From assembly GCA_038851755.1 (NCBI GenBank), contig JAWCKR010000002.1, forward strand, positions 32,001-96,000: 64,000 nucleotides of DNA. The letters are read 5' to 3'. Shown one piece after another: positions 18,268 to 27,423 of this stretch. The notes beneath the pieces are model-generated. The model was not told where the DNA came from, ran no database searches, and saw only the letters and a program-made list of their open reading frames with translations. How positions within the stretch are numbered: position 1 is the first letter of the stretch; each line of letters starts with the position of its first letter. This DNA is from Candidatus Hadarchaeales archaeon. GTDB lineage: Archaea; Hadarchaeota; Hadarchaeia; Hadarchaeales; WYZ-LMO6. Position numbers and translations under genes: made by a program.

Positions 18268-18905
18268 GGCTGGGGAGAAAGTGCAGGGTGGTGGACTGCA
18301 GGGAGACGGCCGGGTTGGGTCTGGGAGGAGGTCTGGCCCAGAGGGGGACGCTGGCGGAAGCGGCAGAGCCGGACATCATCGTGCTCTCGATGGGTCCCAG
18401 TCCCAGGCACATCACCAAGCCCGTGTGCGAGATCACCTACGGTCTGAGGGAGGCAGGGTTCAACGTCAGCGTGCTGGTGCTCAAGATGGGGATAGGACCG
18501 CCCGAGGAACTCATGGATCAGGTGATAGGCGCGGCCTACTCCAACCTCTTCCCCGAGGAGGAGGAGCAGATACGCAGGCACAAGCTGGCCCTCATCCACG
18601 TGGGCAATGTCCCCAGGCACTTCATACCCAAGATCAAGGTCTTCCTGAGAAACGTCTCCCTCCCCGCGGTGGTGGTCTCGCAGGCCCCCGTGACCATGAA
18701 GGACTTCGCCGAGGCGGGAATAAGGACCAGGGAGTTCGAGCCTGAGGCACCGGAGACGAAGGGAGTGGTGGTGGAGGTGATAACGGGCGTGATAAGGGGA
18801 CAGACCTGTCCGCAGGAGAAGCTGGATGAGATCATCGGGAAGGTCAAGTACTGGATGGAGAGGTTGAGGGATGGACAGGCACGTCTGGGAAGTGGCCAAG
18901 GCTAA
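18264..18905 (+). CDS. mcrC: MCR operon protein C (McrC)
   Basis: GR...VVDCRE..GLG.GGGLAQRGT, RHITKPVCEIT, HK.A.IH.GNV..H, DFA..GI.T, GVIRGQTCP..KL. Confidence 0.92.
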   Translation: MRLGRKCRVVDCRETAGLGLGGGLAQRGTLAEAAEPDIIVLSMGPSPRHITKPVCEITYGLREAGFNVSVLVLKMGIGPPEELMDQVIGAAYSNLFPEEEEQIRRHKLALIHVGNVPRHFIPKIKVFLRNVSLPAVVVSQAPVTMKDFAEAGIRTREFEPEAPETKGVVVEVITGVIRGQTCPQEKLDEIIGKVKYWMERLRDGQARLGSGQG

Positions 18906-19716
18906 GGTGGTGGTGGAGGGGGGCAGGATCACCCACGTGGGGGAGCCCCTCACCCAGTTCTGTCCCGTGATCGAGGCCCTGAGCGGGAGCGGGGAGAGGA
19001 GCAGGGAGGGGGTGAGGGAGTCCATGGAGAGGAGGATGGAGCTCCTGGGCCTCTCCACCCCCAGGAGGGTGCTGGAGCTGGAGGTCCCCGGGGTGGGCTT
19101 CGGGGCCTCGGAGTGCCTGGCCACCGCCCTGGAGAGGGGGGTGATAGAGACCACGGTGACGGTGTGCGACGGGGCGGGGACGGTGCTCACGGACAGACCG
19201 GAGCTGGTTCAGGGTATAGGGATGGCCATGAGCGCTCTGCTCGAGACCAGCCCCCTCCCCGAGGTGATCCGAAAGCTGGAGGAGAGGGGTGCGGTGGTCC
19301 TCGACCCCTCCACGGCCAGGATGGACCAGGTGGAGGGGGTGAGGAAAGCCCTCTCGCTGGGGTACCGGAAGATAGGGGTGACGGTGATGGGTCCTGAGGC
19401 CCCCCTCATAGAGGAGCTGAGGAGGATGGAGAAGGAAGCGGGAGCCACCCTGCTGATCATCGTGATCCACACCACAGGGGTGGGGGAGGAGCTCGTCCCG
19501 CATCTCCTGAAGGCGGACATGGTTCATGCCTGCGCCTCGAAGGTGGTGAGGGAGAGAATAGGTCCGCTGGCCAGGGCCTCCTTCGGGAAGAGCATACCTG
19601 CCTACGCCCTGACGGAGCTGGGGGAGAGGGTGCTGAGGATGCAGGAGGAAAAGCTGGGGAAGAGCGAGCGAGCGGTGAAGGTGGAAACCCCCCGTCCCCC
19701 CTCCCCCCTGCGCTGA
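18871..19716 (+). CDS. mmp8: Methanogenesis marker protein 8
   Basis: D.HV.E..KAKVVV..G, P...CP, VGFGASE, VCDGAGTV, LVQGIG..MS.L..T.P, DQ..GV..A, HTTG, CASK..R. Confidence 0.88.
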   Translation: MDRHVWEVAKAKVVVEGGRITHVGEPLTQFCPVIEALSGSGERSREGVRESMERRMELLGLSTPRRVLELEVPGVGFGASECLATALERGVIETTVTVCDGAGTVLTDRPELVQGIGMAMSALLETSPLPEVIRKLEERGAVVLDPSTARMDQVEGVRKALSLGYRKIGVTVMGPEAPLIEELRRMEKEAGATLLIIVIHTTGVGEELVPHLLKADMVHACASKVVRERIGPLARASFGKSIPAYALTELGERVLRMQEEKLGKSERAVKVETPRPPSPLR

Positions 19717-19720
19717 GAAC

Positions 19721-20305
19721 ATGAGGATAAGGGATGGGATCTATCTGGTGAAGCCGGGGAAGGTGGTTTACGACGAGGTCTCCGTGCAGTACGCCTCCTC
19801 CTCCGTGGTGCTGATCGACGACGGGAAGCTGATCCTGGTGGACACGGCTCTGGAGGAGGACTGGCCCCTGGTGGAGGAGGGAATAAGGAGGGCGGGCTTT
19901 CATCCCTCCGAGGTGTGTGCGGTGGTGAACACCCACCTCCACCCGGACCACACGGGGTGCAACGACAAGTTCGAGGCGGAGCACTACGCCCACCCCCTGG
20001 AGATAGAGAGGACGGGTTTGAGGCACTACCTCCCATGCCCATCCAGGCTCTCGGAGAGGGTGAGGATCATGGAGACCCCCGGTCATGTGGAGGGGCACCT
20101 CTCCGTGGTTTTCGGGGGGGTGGTGGTGGCAGGCGACGCCATTCCCACCAGGAAACATCATGAGGAGGGGATCATCCCCAGGATTCACACGGATGCCGGT
20201 AAGGCCAGGGAGAGCATGAGGAGGATAGCCGAGGTGGCGGAGGTGATCGTGCCCGGGCACGACCTTCCCTTTGAAGTGAGGCGTCCGTCCGGGGGGATGG
20301 GATGA
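19721..20305 (+). CDS. MBL-fold metallo-hydrolase
   Basis: LVDT, NTHLHPDHTG, TPGH, AGDA, PGHD. Confidence 0.85.
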   Translation: MRIRDGIYLVKPGKVVYDEVSVQYASSSVVLIDDGKLILVDTALEEDWPLVEEGIRRAGFHPSEVCAVVNTHLHPDHTGCNDKFEAEHYAHPLEIERTGLRHYLPCPSRLSERVRIMETPGHVEGHLSVVFGGVVVAGDAIPTRKHHEEGIIPRIHTDAGKARESMRRIAEVAEVIVPGHDLPFEVRRPSGGMG

Positions 20306-21459
20306 AGGAGGAGAAGAGGGGCTTTTCCACGAGAGCGGTGCACGGCGGTGAAGAGCCCTGCCCGGCGACGGGGGCCCATGCCCCGCCCATCTACCAGACC
20401 TCCACCTTCGTGCTGGGCAAGGAGCTCCCCCCCAAGTACGTCTACACCAGGCACGGGAACCCCACCCAGGAGGTACTGGAGAGGAAGGTGGCGCTGCTGG
20501 AGGGAGGGGAAGCCGCCCTGGCCACGGCCTCGGGGATGGCGGCCATCCTGGTCTCCCTCCTTGCCCTGGTGAGGAAGGGGGAAAAGGTGGGTTGCTCCTT
20601 GGCGGTCTACGGGGGCACCTACAACCTGGCGAGGAACCTCCTCCCGAGGCTGGGGATGGAGGTCCTCATGTTCGATCCCAGGAAGAGGGAGGAGGTGGAG
20701 AGGGTGCTGAGGATGGGGGCCGGGGTCCTCTTCCTGGAGACCCCCACCAACCCCACGCTGGATGTGGTGGACCTGGAGGAGGTGTGCGGGCTGGCGGAGG
20801 ACCGCGGTGCGAAGGTGGTGGTGGACAACACCCTCATGACCCCCTACTACCAGAGGCCCCTGGAACTGGGCGCAGAGGTGGTGGTCCACAGCGCCACCAA
20901 GTATCTGTGCGGCCACGGGGACGCGCTGGGGGGAGTGGTGGTGGGCAAAAAGGACTTCGTGGAGGAGGCCAGGAGGATGCTGGTCCTTACGGGAGGAGCG
21001 ATAAGCCCCTTCAACGCCTGGCTGATCGCCAGGGGCATCAAGACCCTCCCCCTCAGGATGGAAAGGCACAGCCAGAACGCCCTCAAGGTGGCGGAGTTCC
21101 TCTCCTCCCATCCCAGGGTGAGGAGGGTGAGCTACCCCGGCCTTCCCAGCCACCCCCAGCACGGGCTGGCGAGAAGGCAGATGAGGGGCTTCGGGGGAAT
21201 GCTGGCTTTCGAGCTGGAGGGCGGAATGGAGGAGGCCTACAGGATGATGGAAAGGCTGGAGCTCGTGAAGCGTGCGGTGAGCCTGGGTGATGTTTCCTCC
21301 CTCATAGAGCATCCCGCCTCCATGACCCACCGTTCCCTCCCGGAGGAGGAAAGGGAGAGGATAGGGATAGGGGAGGGTCTGGTGAGGATGTCGGTGGGGG
21401 TGGAGGATGCGGAAGATATAATAGAGGATTTGGAAAAGGCGTTAGGTACCTCCGGGTGA
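20302..21459 (+). CDS. PLP-dependent methionine gamma-lyase/cystathionine gamma-synthase family
   Basis: PPIYQTSTF, YTRHGNPT, ASGMAAI, ETPTNP, VDNT, HSATKYL.GHGD, AVSLG.V.SL..HPASMTH. Confidence 0.9.
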   Translation: MKEEKRGFSTRAVHGGEEPCPATGAHAPPIYQTSTFVLGKELPPKYVYTRHGNPTQEVLERKVALLEGGEAALATASGMAAILVSLLALVRKGEKVGCSLAVYGGTYNLARNLLPRLGMEVLMFDPRKREEVERVLRMGAGVLFLETPTNPTLDVVDLEEVCGLAEDRGAKVVVDNTLMTPYYQRPLELGAEVVVHSATKYLCGHGDALGGVVVGKKDFVEEARRMLVLTGGAISPFNAWLIARGIKTLPLRMERHSQNALKVAEFLSSHPRVRRVSYPGLPSHPQHGLARRQMRGFGGMLAFELEGGMEEAYRMMERLELVKRAVSLGDVSSLIEHPASMTHRSLPEEERERIGIGEGLVRMSVGVEDAEDIIEDLEKALGTSG

Positions 21460-21463
21460 GGGG

Positions 21464-22915
21464 ATGAGGAAGGAGGACTTCGACCGCGTGTTCTGCCCCA
21501 GGGGAGTGGCGGTGGTGGGTGCCTCCAGCAACCTCTCCAAGTTCGGCTTCATCTTCTACTACGGTCTGAAGAACTCGGGTGCCCCGGTGTATCCCGTCAA
21601 CCCCAAGGAGGAGGAGGTGCTGGGCGACAGGGCCTATCCCACCGTGGACGCCATCCCCCACCCCGTGGACTACGCGGTGATCTCCATCCCCGCATCTTCC
21701 GTGCCCAAGGTGATCGAGGACTGCGGGAAGAAGGGGGTGAAGGCGGTCAGCATCTACACCGCGGGCTACGGGGAGGAGGGGACGGAGGAGGGGAGGAGGA
21801 GGGAGAGGGAGCTGGCGGAAACGGCCAGGAGGAGCGGGGTGAGGGTGATAGGGCCCAACTGCATAGGGGTCTACTGCCCCAAGGGCAGGCTCTCCTTCTT
21901 CGCCGGCCTTCCCCTGCTGGAGGGGGACGTGGCCTTCCTCTCCCAGAGCGGGGGGCACGCGGAGGAGTTTGCCTACAAGGCCGAGAACTGGGGGATAGGT
22001 TTCAGCAAGATCGTGAGCTTCGGGAACTCGTGCGATGTCACGTGCGAGGAGCTGCTGGAGTACCTGGAGGTGGATCCGGACACCAGGATCATAGGGATCT
22101 ACGTGGAGGGGTCCAGGAACGGGAGGAAGTTCTTCGAGGTGCTCAGGAGGGTGGCGGCGAAGAAGCCCGTGGTGGTGTGGAAGGGGGGCGAGACCGAGGC
22201 GGGGGCGAGGGCCGTGGCCTCCCACACGGGGTCGATGGCCGGATCCACCCAGGTGTGGAGGGCCGCCCTGAGGCAGGCGGGGGCCATACCGGTGGATGAT
22301 TTCGAGGAGATGGCGGATGTCATCTCGGCCCTGAGGCTTCTCCCCCTCCCCAAGGGAAGGAGGGTGGCGGTGGTGGGGGCCGGAGGGGGGGCAGGCGTGG
22401 CCTCCACGGATGCCTGCGAGAAGAACGGCCTGAAGGTGGCACCACTGCAGGAGGAGACCATGGAGAAGCTGAGGAAGGTGGTCCCGCCGCTGGGCACCTC
22501 CGTGAGGAACCCGGTCGACCTCTCCTACTTCGTGCTCTTCAACTTCTCCCTGATGGAGGAGTGCGTGAGGATTCTGGCCGCCGACCCGGGGGTGGACATG
22601 CTGATAGCGCACGTGAGCCACCTGGACATGATGATGAAGGCCCTCCCCACTCCCGAGGAAGAGGTGCTCCGCGTCCTCGCGAGGGTGAAGGAGGACACGA
22701 AGGCCTTCCCGGACAAGCCCCTCGCCGTCGTGCTCGCCCTGGAGTCGGACTTCGAGGTCCAGAGGAGGAAGGTGGAGGTGAGGGAGAGACTGGTGAAGAG
22801 CGGCATGTGCGTCTTCCCCACCACCGCCAGGGCGGCCAGGACCCTCTCCCACCTGGCCTTCCTGAGGGAGGTAAGGGAGAGGAGGGCTAGAAGGGAGGCT
22901 TCCCAGGGTTCATGA
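21464..22915 (+). CDS. ADP-forming acyl-CoA synthetase, alpha-type CoA-binding subunit
   Basis: VAVVGAS, YPVNPK, IGPNCIG, SQSGG, SFGN, SHTGSMAG (phospho-His), NPVD. Confidence 0.85.
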   Translation: MRKEDFDRVFCPRGVAVVGASSNLSKFGFIFYYGLKNSGAPVYPVNPKEEEVLGDRAYPTVDAIPHPVDYAVISIPASSVPKVIEDCGKKGVKAVSIYTAGYGEEGTEEGRRRERELAETARRSGVRVIGPNCIGVYCPKGRLSFFAGLPLLEGDVAFLSQSGGHAEEFAYKAENWGIGFSKIVSFGNSCDVTCEELLEYLEVDPDTRIIGIYVEGSRNGRKFFEVLRRVAAKKPVVVWKGGETEAGARAVASHTGSMAGSTQVWRAALRQAGAIPVDDFEEMADVISALRLLPLPKGRRVAVVGAGGGAGVASTDACEKNGLKVAPLQEETMEKLRKVVPPLGTSVRNPVDLSYFVLFNFSLMEECVRILAADPGVDMLIAHVSHLDMMMKALPTPEEEVLRVLARVKEDTKAFPDKPLAVVLALESDFEVQRRKVEVRERLVKSGMCVFPTTARAARTLSHLAFLREVRERRARREASQGS

Positions 22916-24314
22916 TGTGGCGGGGGTCGATCAGGTCCTTCAGGGCCCTCCACAGCCTGCCGTACTCGCCCAGCTTCCTGCCCTCCACCACTCCCGGGAA
23001 GGGCCTGAACCAGCCGTAGATCCCCACCTTCAGCAGGCCCCTCATGATCTCCCGGTGCATTCTCCTCATCTTCCTGACCTGCTCGGGGTCGCCGGCGTCC
23101 CAGAGGATGCAGGGGTCGTTGTAGGCCAGCTGGCCGTGGAAGGGCGCCACGGGCACGGCCTCGTAGTGGAACTCGTCGAAGCCGTACCTGAAGCTGATCT
23201 CCCTGCAGACCCTGTAGTACTCGGGGGCGAGCTTCATCACCCCGTAGAAGGAGCACCCGTAGAGGTTCCCCTTCTTCCATCCCCTCACGCTCGTCCTCTC
23301 CCAGATCTCGTCCTTGATCATCTCCTCCTCCGTCTCCGGGGGCAGGGGGAGGAGGCTCCCTCCGTTCTCCTCCACGATCTTCCTCATCCTCTCCTCATCC
23401 TTCTCGGCCTTCCACCTCTCCCCGGCCACGTAGAGCCACATGCTGAAGAAGTCCCTCTCGAAGAGGTCGGCCAGTCCCTCCAGCCTTCCCCCGCTGGTGA
23501 GGGTGCGCAGGGAGGAGGGGGTGAAGGTCATGGTCCAGCAGGCCTCCACCACGTCCCTCACGGTCAGCTCGATGGCCGGCTTCACCATGGACTCGTAGTC
23601 CGGGAAGGAAGCCATGAAGGGCTTCATCACCTCGGGCATGGGATAGAGCCTTATCGTCCCCTTCGTGAGCACCCCCATCGTCCCCGGGTTGGCCTGGAAG
23701 AGCTTGCACAGGTCAGGTCCGTTGACCAGGTTGCAGTAGGGGAGGGGGTGAGAGGTGGGGGTGTTGATGGATCCCGTTCTGAGGAGCCTGCCGTCCGGGA
23801 GGACCACCTCGATGGAGATGAGGTGGTCGGTTCCGTAGCGGGTGGCGGGCCCGTAGATCCCCCGTAGCATGTAGTTGGCCAGGACGGAGGCGGTGGAGGG
23901 GGCCCAGGGGGTGATCACCCTCAGCCCGGTCTTCTTCACCTCGTTCACGAGCTGTCCGAAGCTCACCCCCGGCTCTATGGTCGCCGTCATCATCTCCTCG
24001 TTGATCTCCAGGATGCGGTTCATCCTCCTCAGGTCGAGCAGGATTCCCCCCTTCGAGGGAATGCAGAGACCCTTCCGGTTGATGCCCGAGGCGAGGGGGA
24101 TCACGGGCACCCTCAGACGGTAGGCCAGCCTGAGGACCTCCTGCACCTCCCTGGCGGATCCGGGCCTCACCACCAGGTCGGGCCGGTGGGGCGGGACCAG
24201 GAAGAACTGATCGTCCCTCTCGAAGGGGATGAGGTCGGTGGGGTCGGAGGAGACGTTTTCCTCCCCCACCAGGTCCGCCAGCTTCTTCTCCAGGCTTTTG
24301 ATCCCGGCGCTCAT
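22887..24314 (-). CDS. FAD-binding oxidoreductase (GlcD-like), paralogue of 3664-5139
   Basis: PDLVVRPGS, GGILLDLRRMNRILEI, EPGV, EVVLPDG, GTMGVLTK, DPRHIMNPGK. Confidence 0.85.
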   Translation of the reverse strand: MSAGIKSLEKKLADLVGEENVSSDPTDLIPFERDDQFFLVPPHRPDLVVRPGSAREVQEVLRLAYRLRVPVIPLASGINRKGLCIPSKGGILLDLRRMNRILEINEEMMTATIEPGVSFGQLVNEVKKTGLRVITPWAPSTASVLANYMLRGIYGPATRYGTDHLISIEVVLPDGRLLRTGSINTPTSHPLPYCNLVNGPDLCKLFQANPGTMGVLTKGTIRLYPMPEVMKPFMASFPDYESMVKPAIELTVRDVVEACWTMTFTPSSLRTLTSGGRLEGLADLFERDFFSMWLYVAGERWKAEKDEERMRKIVEENGGSLLPLPPETEEEMIKDEIWERTSVRGWKKGNLYGCSFYGVMKLAPEYYRVCREISFRYGFDEFHYEAVPVAPFHGQLAYNDPCILWDAGDPEQVRKMRRMHREIMRGLLKVGIYGWFRPFPGVVEGRKLGEYGRLWRALKDLIDPRHIMNPGKPPF

Positions 24315-25465
24315 GCGAGGGCCTCCGCCAGCAGCTCGCTCAGGTCCTTCACCTCCATTCCTCCCCTCTCCCTGCTGGCGTCTTCAAGGTTCCTCTTGCA
24401 GAAGGGACACGAGGAGACCAGCACCTCGGCCCCCGTCCTCTCAGCCTCCTCCAGGCGCCTGGAGGCCGACCAGAGGGCGAAGTCCGGGAAGGCGGCCTTC
24501 ACCCCGCTCCCTGCCCCACAGCACCAGGAGTTCTCCCTGGACCTCTTCATCTCCACGAAGTTGCCGGAGAGCCTGCGCAGGAGTTCCCTGGGGGGATCGT
24601 ACACCCCCATCCCCCTCCCCAGGTGGCAGGGATCGTGGTAGGTGACCTTTGCACCGTTCCCCCGCAGTCCCCTGCCTGCGAGGACCCTCAGGAGGTACTG
24701 GCTCGTGTGCAGGAGTTCGAGCCCGAGTTCTCCCCCCAGGAGCTTCGGGTAATCCCTGGAGAAGGTCCGGTAGCAGCCGGCGCAGGAGAAGACCACCCTT
24801 CGGGCACCCGCCTTCCTGAGCGCCTCCAGGTTGTGCTCGGCGAGCTCCCTGGCCAGCTTTCTCTGCCCGGTGCGGAGGAGGGGGGAACCGCAGCACCACT
24901 CCTCCTCCCCCAGCAGGGCGAAGGGCTCCCCGGAGCGGAGGAGCACCTCCACCGTGGCCCTCGCGATCTCCTTCTGGCGGTAGGAGGAGGTGCAGCCCAC
25001 GAAGTAGACCGTCTCTCCCCGGGTGGGCACCTCTTGCTCGAGCCAGGAGGTCCTCTCCCCGTGTTTTTCCCCGTAGGGGTTCCGGTTCTTTTCGATGCTC
25101 CTGGCGTAGGACTTCTGCTTGGGCAGGGGGCCGTATCCCCTCTCCACGAGCCTGGCCTTCAGCTCCTCGAAGACCTCCACGTGGTCCACCTTCAGACCGG
25201 TGAGACCATGGCACTGGGCGTGGCAGGCTCCGCACCCTAGGTCGCTGAAGAGGATCTGGAGGGTTCGGTCGGAGGGCTTCAGCTCGCCGGACAGGAGGGC
25301 CCTGGCCACCTCCATCTTCCCGGAGGCGGAGAAGGACTCGAACCCGAAATAGGCGTAGGAGGGGCAGAGGGGCAGCCACTCGTCCAGGGCGTGCCAGTCG
25401 GCGAAGTTGCAGAGGTGGCAGTGAAGGCAGTGGTAGAGCTCCCTGAGAAGCTCCGCGGGCTTCAT
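24311..25465 (-). CDS. (Fe-S)-binding oxidoreductase, HdrD/GlcF-like, paralogue of 1606-2832
   Basis: CLHCHLC, CPSY, CGACHAQC, FVGC, WCCGSP, YHDPCHLGR, WCCGAG, SCPFC. Confidence 0.85.
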   Translation of the reverse strand: MKPAELLRELYHCLHCHLCNFADWHALDEWLPLCPSYAYFGFESFSASGKMEVARALLSGELKPSDRTLQILFSDLGCGACHAQCHGLTGLKVDHVEVFEELKARLVERGYGPLPKQKSYARSIEKNRNPYGEKHGERTSWLEQEVPTRGETVYFVGCTSSYRQKEIARATVEVLLRSGEPFALLGEEEWCCGSPLLRTGQRKLARELAEHNLEALRKAGARRVVFSCAGCYRTFSRDYPKLLGGELGLELLHTSQYLLRVLAGRGLRGNGAKVTYHDPCHLGRGMGVYDPPRELLRRLSGNFVEMKRSRENSWCCGAGSGVKAAFPDFALWSASRRLEEAERTGAEVLVSSCPFCKRNLEDASRERGGMEVKDLSELLAEALA

Positions 25466-25573
25466 CCGCCTTCCTTCCCCCTCTTGCCTAAAAAGATTTG
25501 GTTAGTTTCACGTTCGGGAAAACATAGGGAGGTGCCTGGACGCTGGGGAAAAGGTCAGGGTCGGCGAGTCCTT

Positions 25574-26905
25574 TCAGGCCGTCACCACTTCCTGCACCAG
25601 CTCTCCCAGGGTCTCCAGCACCCTCCTCTTCACTCCTTCCGGGTTCCCCCTCATCCTTATCCAAGTCCTGCCCCTGAAGAGTCTCTCCCTCAGGATCCTT
25701 CCGGCCTCGTCGTCCATGCCTGGACTCACCCTCACCAGGTAGAGTCCGGAACTTTCCTCCCTTCCCCCAGACTTCTCCAGCAGTCCATCGGCGTCCCCGT
25801 CCACCAGCCCCAGCACGGGGATGCCCAGCCTGGAGAGGATTTCGTGCGTTATGGTGGTGGTGTCGTCCCCCACCGCCACCACCAGTCCTGCTCCCTGGGC
25901 CCTTTCCAGCGCGGTGTCGGCCCTCTCCACCAGAACCACCCTGTCTCCCTTCTTCCCCAGCTTGGCCCTGGCAGAGGGGATGTGGAGGGTGCGCAGGGTC
26001 TTGACGGTGGCTCTGGTCAGGTCCACCTTCCCCACCTTCTGGATACCCCTGGGATACTTCTTCCCCCCCACTATCTCCTCCAGCCTGCCCCCCCTGGCCA
26101 CCAGCGTTACCTCATGGGAGAGGCTCTCGCCCACCACGTATCCGTTCACCAGGATTTTCTCACCGGGACGAACCCCCACCAAAGCTCGGTAGATCCTTCC
26201 TCCCTTCCTCTCGATCCCCCCGGTGAAGGGAGGGGGGAGCCTGAAGTCGAGAGAGAGGGAAGCGGCCAGCTTCCTGCTCAGGGAGGGGTCCCCCGCCCAG
26301 TGAATGACCGCCCCCTTTCCCGCCACCTCCACCTGGGTGAGGGGGATTCGGAGGAGCCTCACCAGTCTGGCGTTCTCCACGATTTTCCTCCCCATGTGAA
26401 ACCCGTTCTCGAGGGACTTGCACCCCGTGAGGAGGATGAGGAGGTCGGGGTTCTCGAGACTCAGCTCGTCCAGCGCCTGGCTGGGCAGAAGGGAGGTGCC
26501 TATCTCCCCCCTTTCACCCCAGCCGCGGTCGAGGGCGGCCACCCTTCCCATGGCCCCGCTGATCCGGATTTTTGTCCTGACACCCCACTCCTCCAGCAGG
26601 TGTAGGATCCGATCGGCCATACCCTCGTCTATGGGTTTCGGTCCCTGGAGCACCATCCCCGCCTGAAGGATTTCCCCTGAGGTTCTCACCCGGTGCAGGG
26701 GGATGGGCTTCCACTCGCACAGGAAGACCGCTCCTCCCTCCGCCCTTATCTCGTCCAGCAGGCGGAGGAGTTCCTCGTCGACCGCGGGGAGGAGCCAGGT
26801 GGAGCGCTGGATGGGAAGGCCGCCCTTCCTGCGGAGGAGCCTGACGAGGCGCACCCTGGCCCCCCGCCTGTCGATCTCCGGCCTTATGTCGTAGAAGAGG
26901 AGCAA
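25574..26905 (-). CDS. DUF2117-family protein with an N-terminal Cas2/PaaX-like ferredoxin-fold module
   Basis: C-terminal G.MGR.A..D, GV.PGE.ILVNG.VVG, VGDDTT, RLGIP.LGLVDGD.D. N-terminal LFYDI..R.RL.R.LRR.G..IQRSTW. Confidence 0.65.
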   Translation of the reverse strand: MLLFYDIRPEIDRRGARVRLVRLLRRKGGLPIQRSTWLLPAVDEELLRLLDEIRAEGGAVFLCEWKPIPLHRVRTSGEILQAGMVLQGPKPIDEGMADRILHLLEEWGVRTKIRISGAMGRVAALDRGWGERGEIGTSLLPSQALDELSLENPDLLILLTGCKSLENGFHMGRKIVENARLVRLLRIPLTQVEVAGKGAVIHWAGDPSLSRKLAASLSLDFRLPPPFTGGIERKGGRIYRALVGVRPGEKILVNGYVVGESLSHEVTLVARGGRLEEIVGGKKYPRGIQKVGKVDLTRATVKTLRTLHIPSARAKLGKKGDRVVLVERADTALERAQGAGLVVAVGDDTTTITHEILSRLGIPVLGLVDGDADGLLEKSGGREESSGLYLVRVSPGMDDEAGRILRERLFRGRTWIRMRGNPEGVKRRVLETLGELVQEVVTA

Positions 26906-26943
26906 ACCCCCACCCTTTTTTCCCAGGTCCTCTACTCTTCAGG

Positions 26944-27423
26944 ATGGGGGCGGAGATAAAGGTTGAGCGGCTTCTCCCCTCCGATGCTCCCGAGATAGAG
27001 AGGCTCTTCAGGGAAGTCTGGCCCAAAGCCACGGAGTACCCGGAGGAGTGGAGGAGGAAGAGGACCCTCCCGAAGGAAAAGATTTTAGAGGAGATGGAAA
27101 AAGGAGTTTATTATTTCGGCGTCAGGAAGGAGGGAAAGCTCGTGGGAGTGTACAAGGCGGTGCCGCTGGGCGAAGAGGTGCTCGGGGAGCACCAGGCGGT
27201 GGCCCCCGAGTGGAGGGGGAAGGGACTCGCCATCGCCATGTACCGTCAGCTGCTCGAGTTCGCGAAGGAGAGGGGCTTCAAGAGGGTGGTGGTGAACATC
27301 CTCCCCGACCAGGTCCCCAGCAGGAAGTGCGTGGATCAGCTGGGGTTCAGGAAGAGGGGAAGTCCCTGGGAGCAGGAGAAGGGGATGTGGGTGCAGACCT
27401 ACGAGAAGGAGGTGGAGGGTTGA
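26944..27423 (+). CDS. GNAT N-acetyltransferase
   Basis: AVAPEWRGKGLA motif A, LGF. Confidence 0.85.
   Translation: MGAEIKVERLLPSDAPEIERLFREVWPKATEYPEEWRRKRTLPKEKILEEMEKGVYYFGVRKEGKLVGVYKAVPLGEEVLGEHQAVAPEWRGKGLAIAMYRQLLEFAKERGFKRVVVNILPDQVPSRKCVDQLGFRKRGSPWEQEKGMWVQTYEKEVEG

Noticed and set aside
11311-19716. Calling the organism a methanogen
   Set aside because: Marker genes also occur in anaerobic alkane and methane oxidisers. No mcrABG, mtr or methyltransferases are in the window, so the metabolism cannot be fixed from this sequence.
26700-26905. CRISPR-Cas locus suggested by the Cas2-like motif
   Set aside because: No repeat-spacer array or other cas genes seen anywhere in the window.
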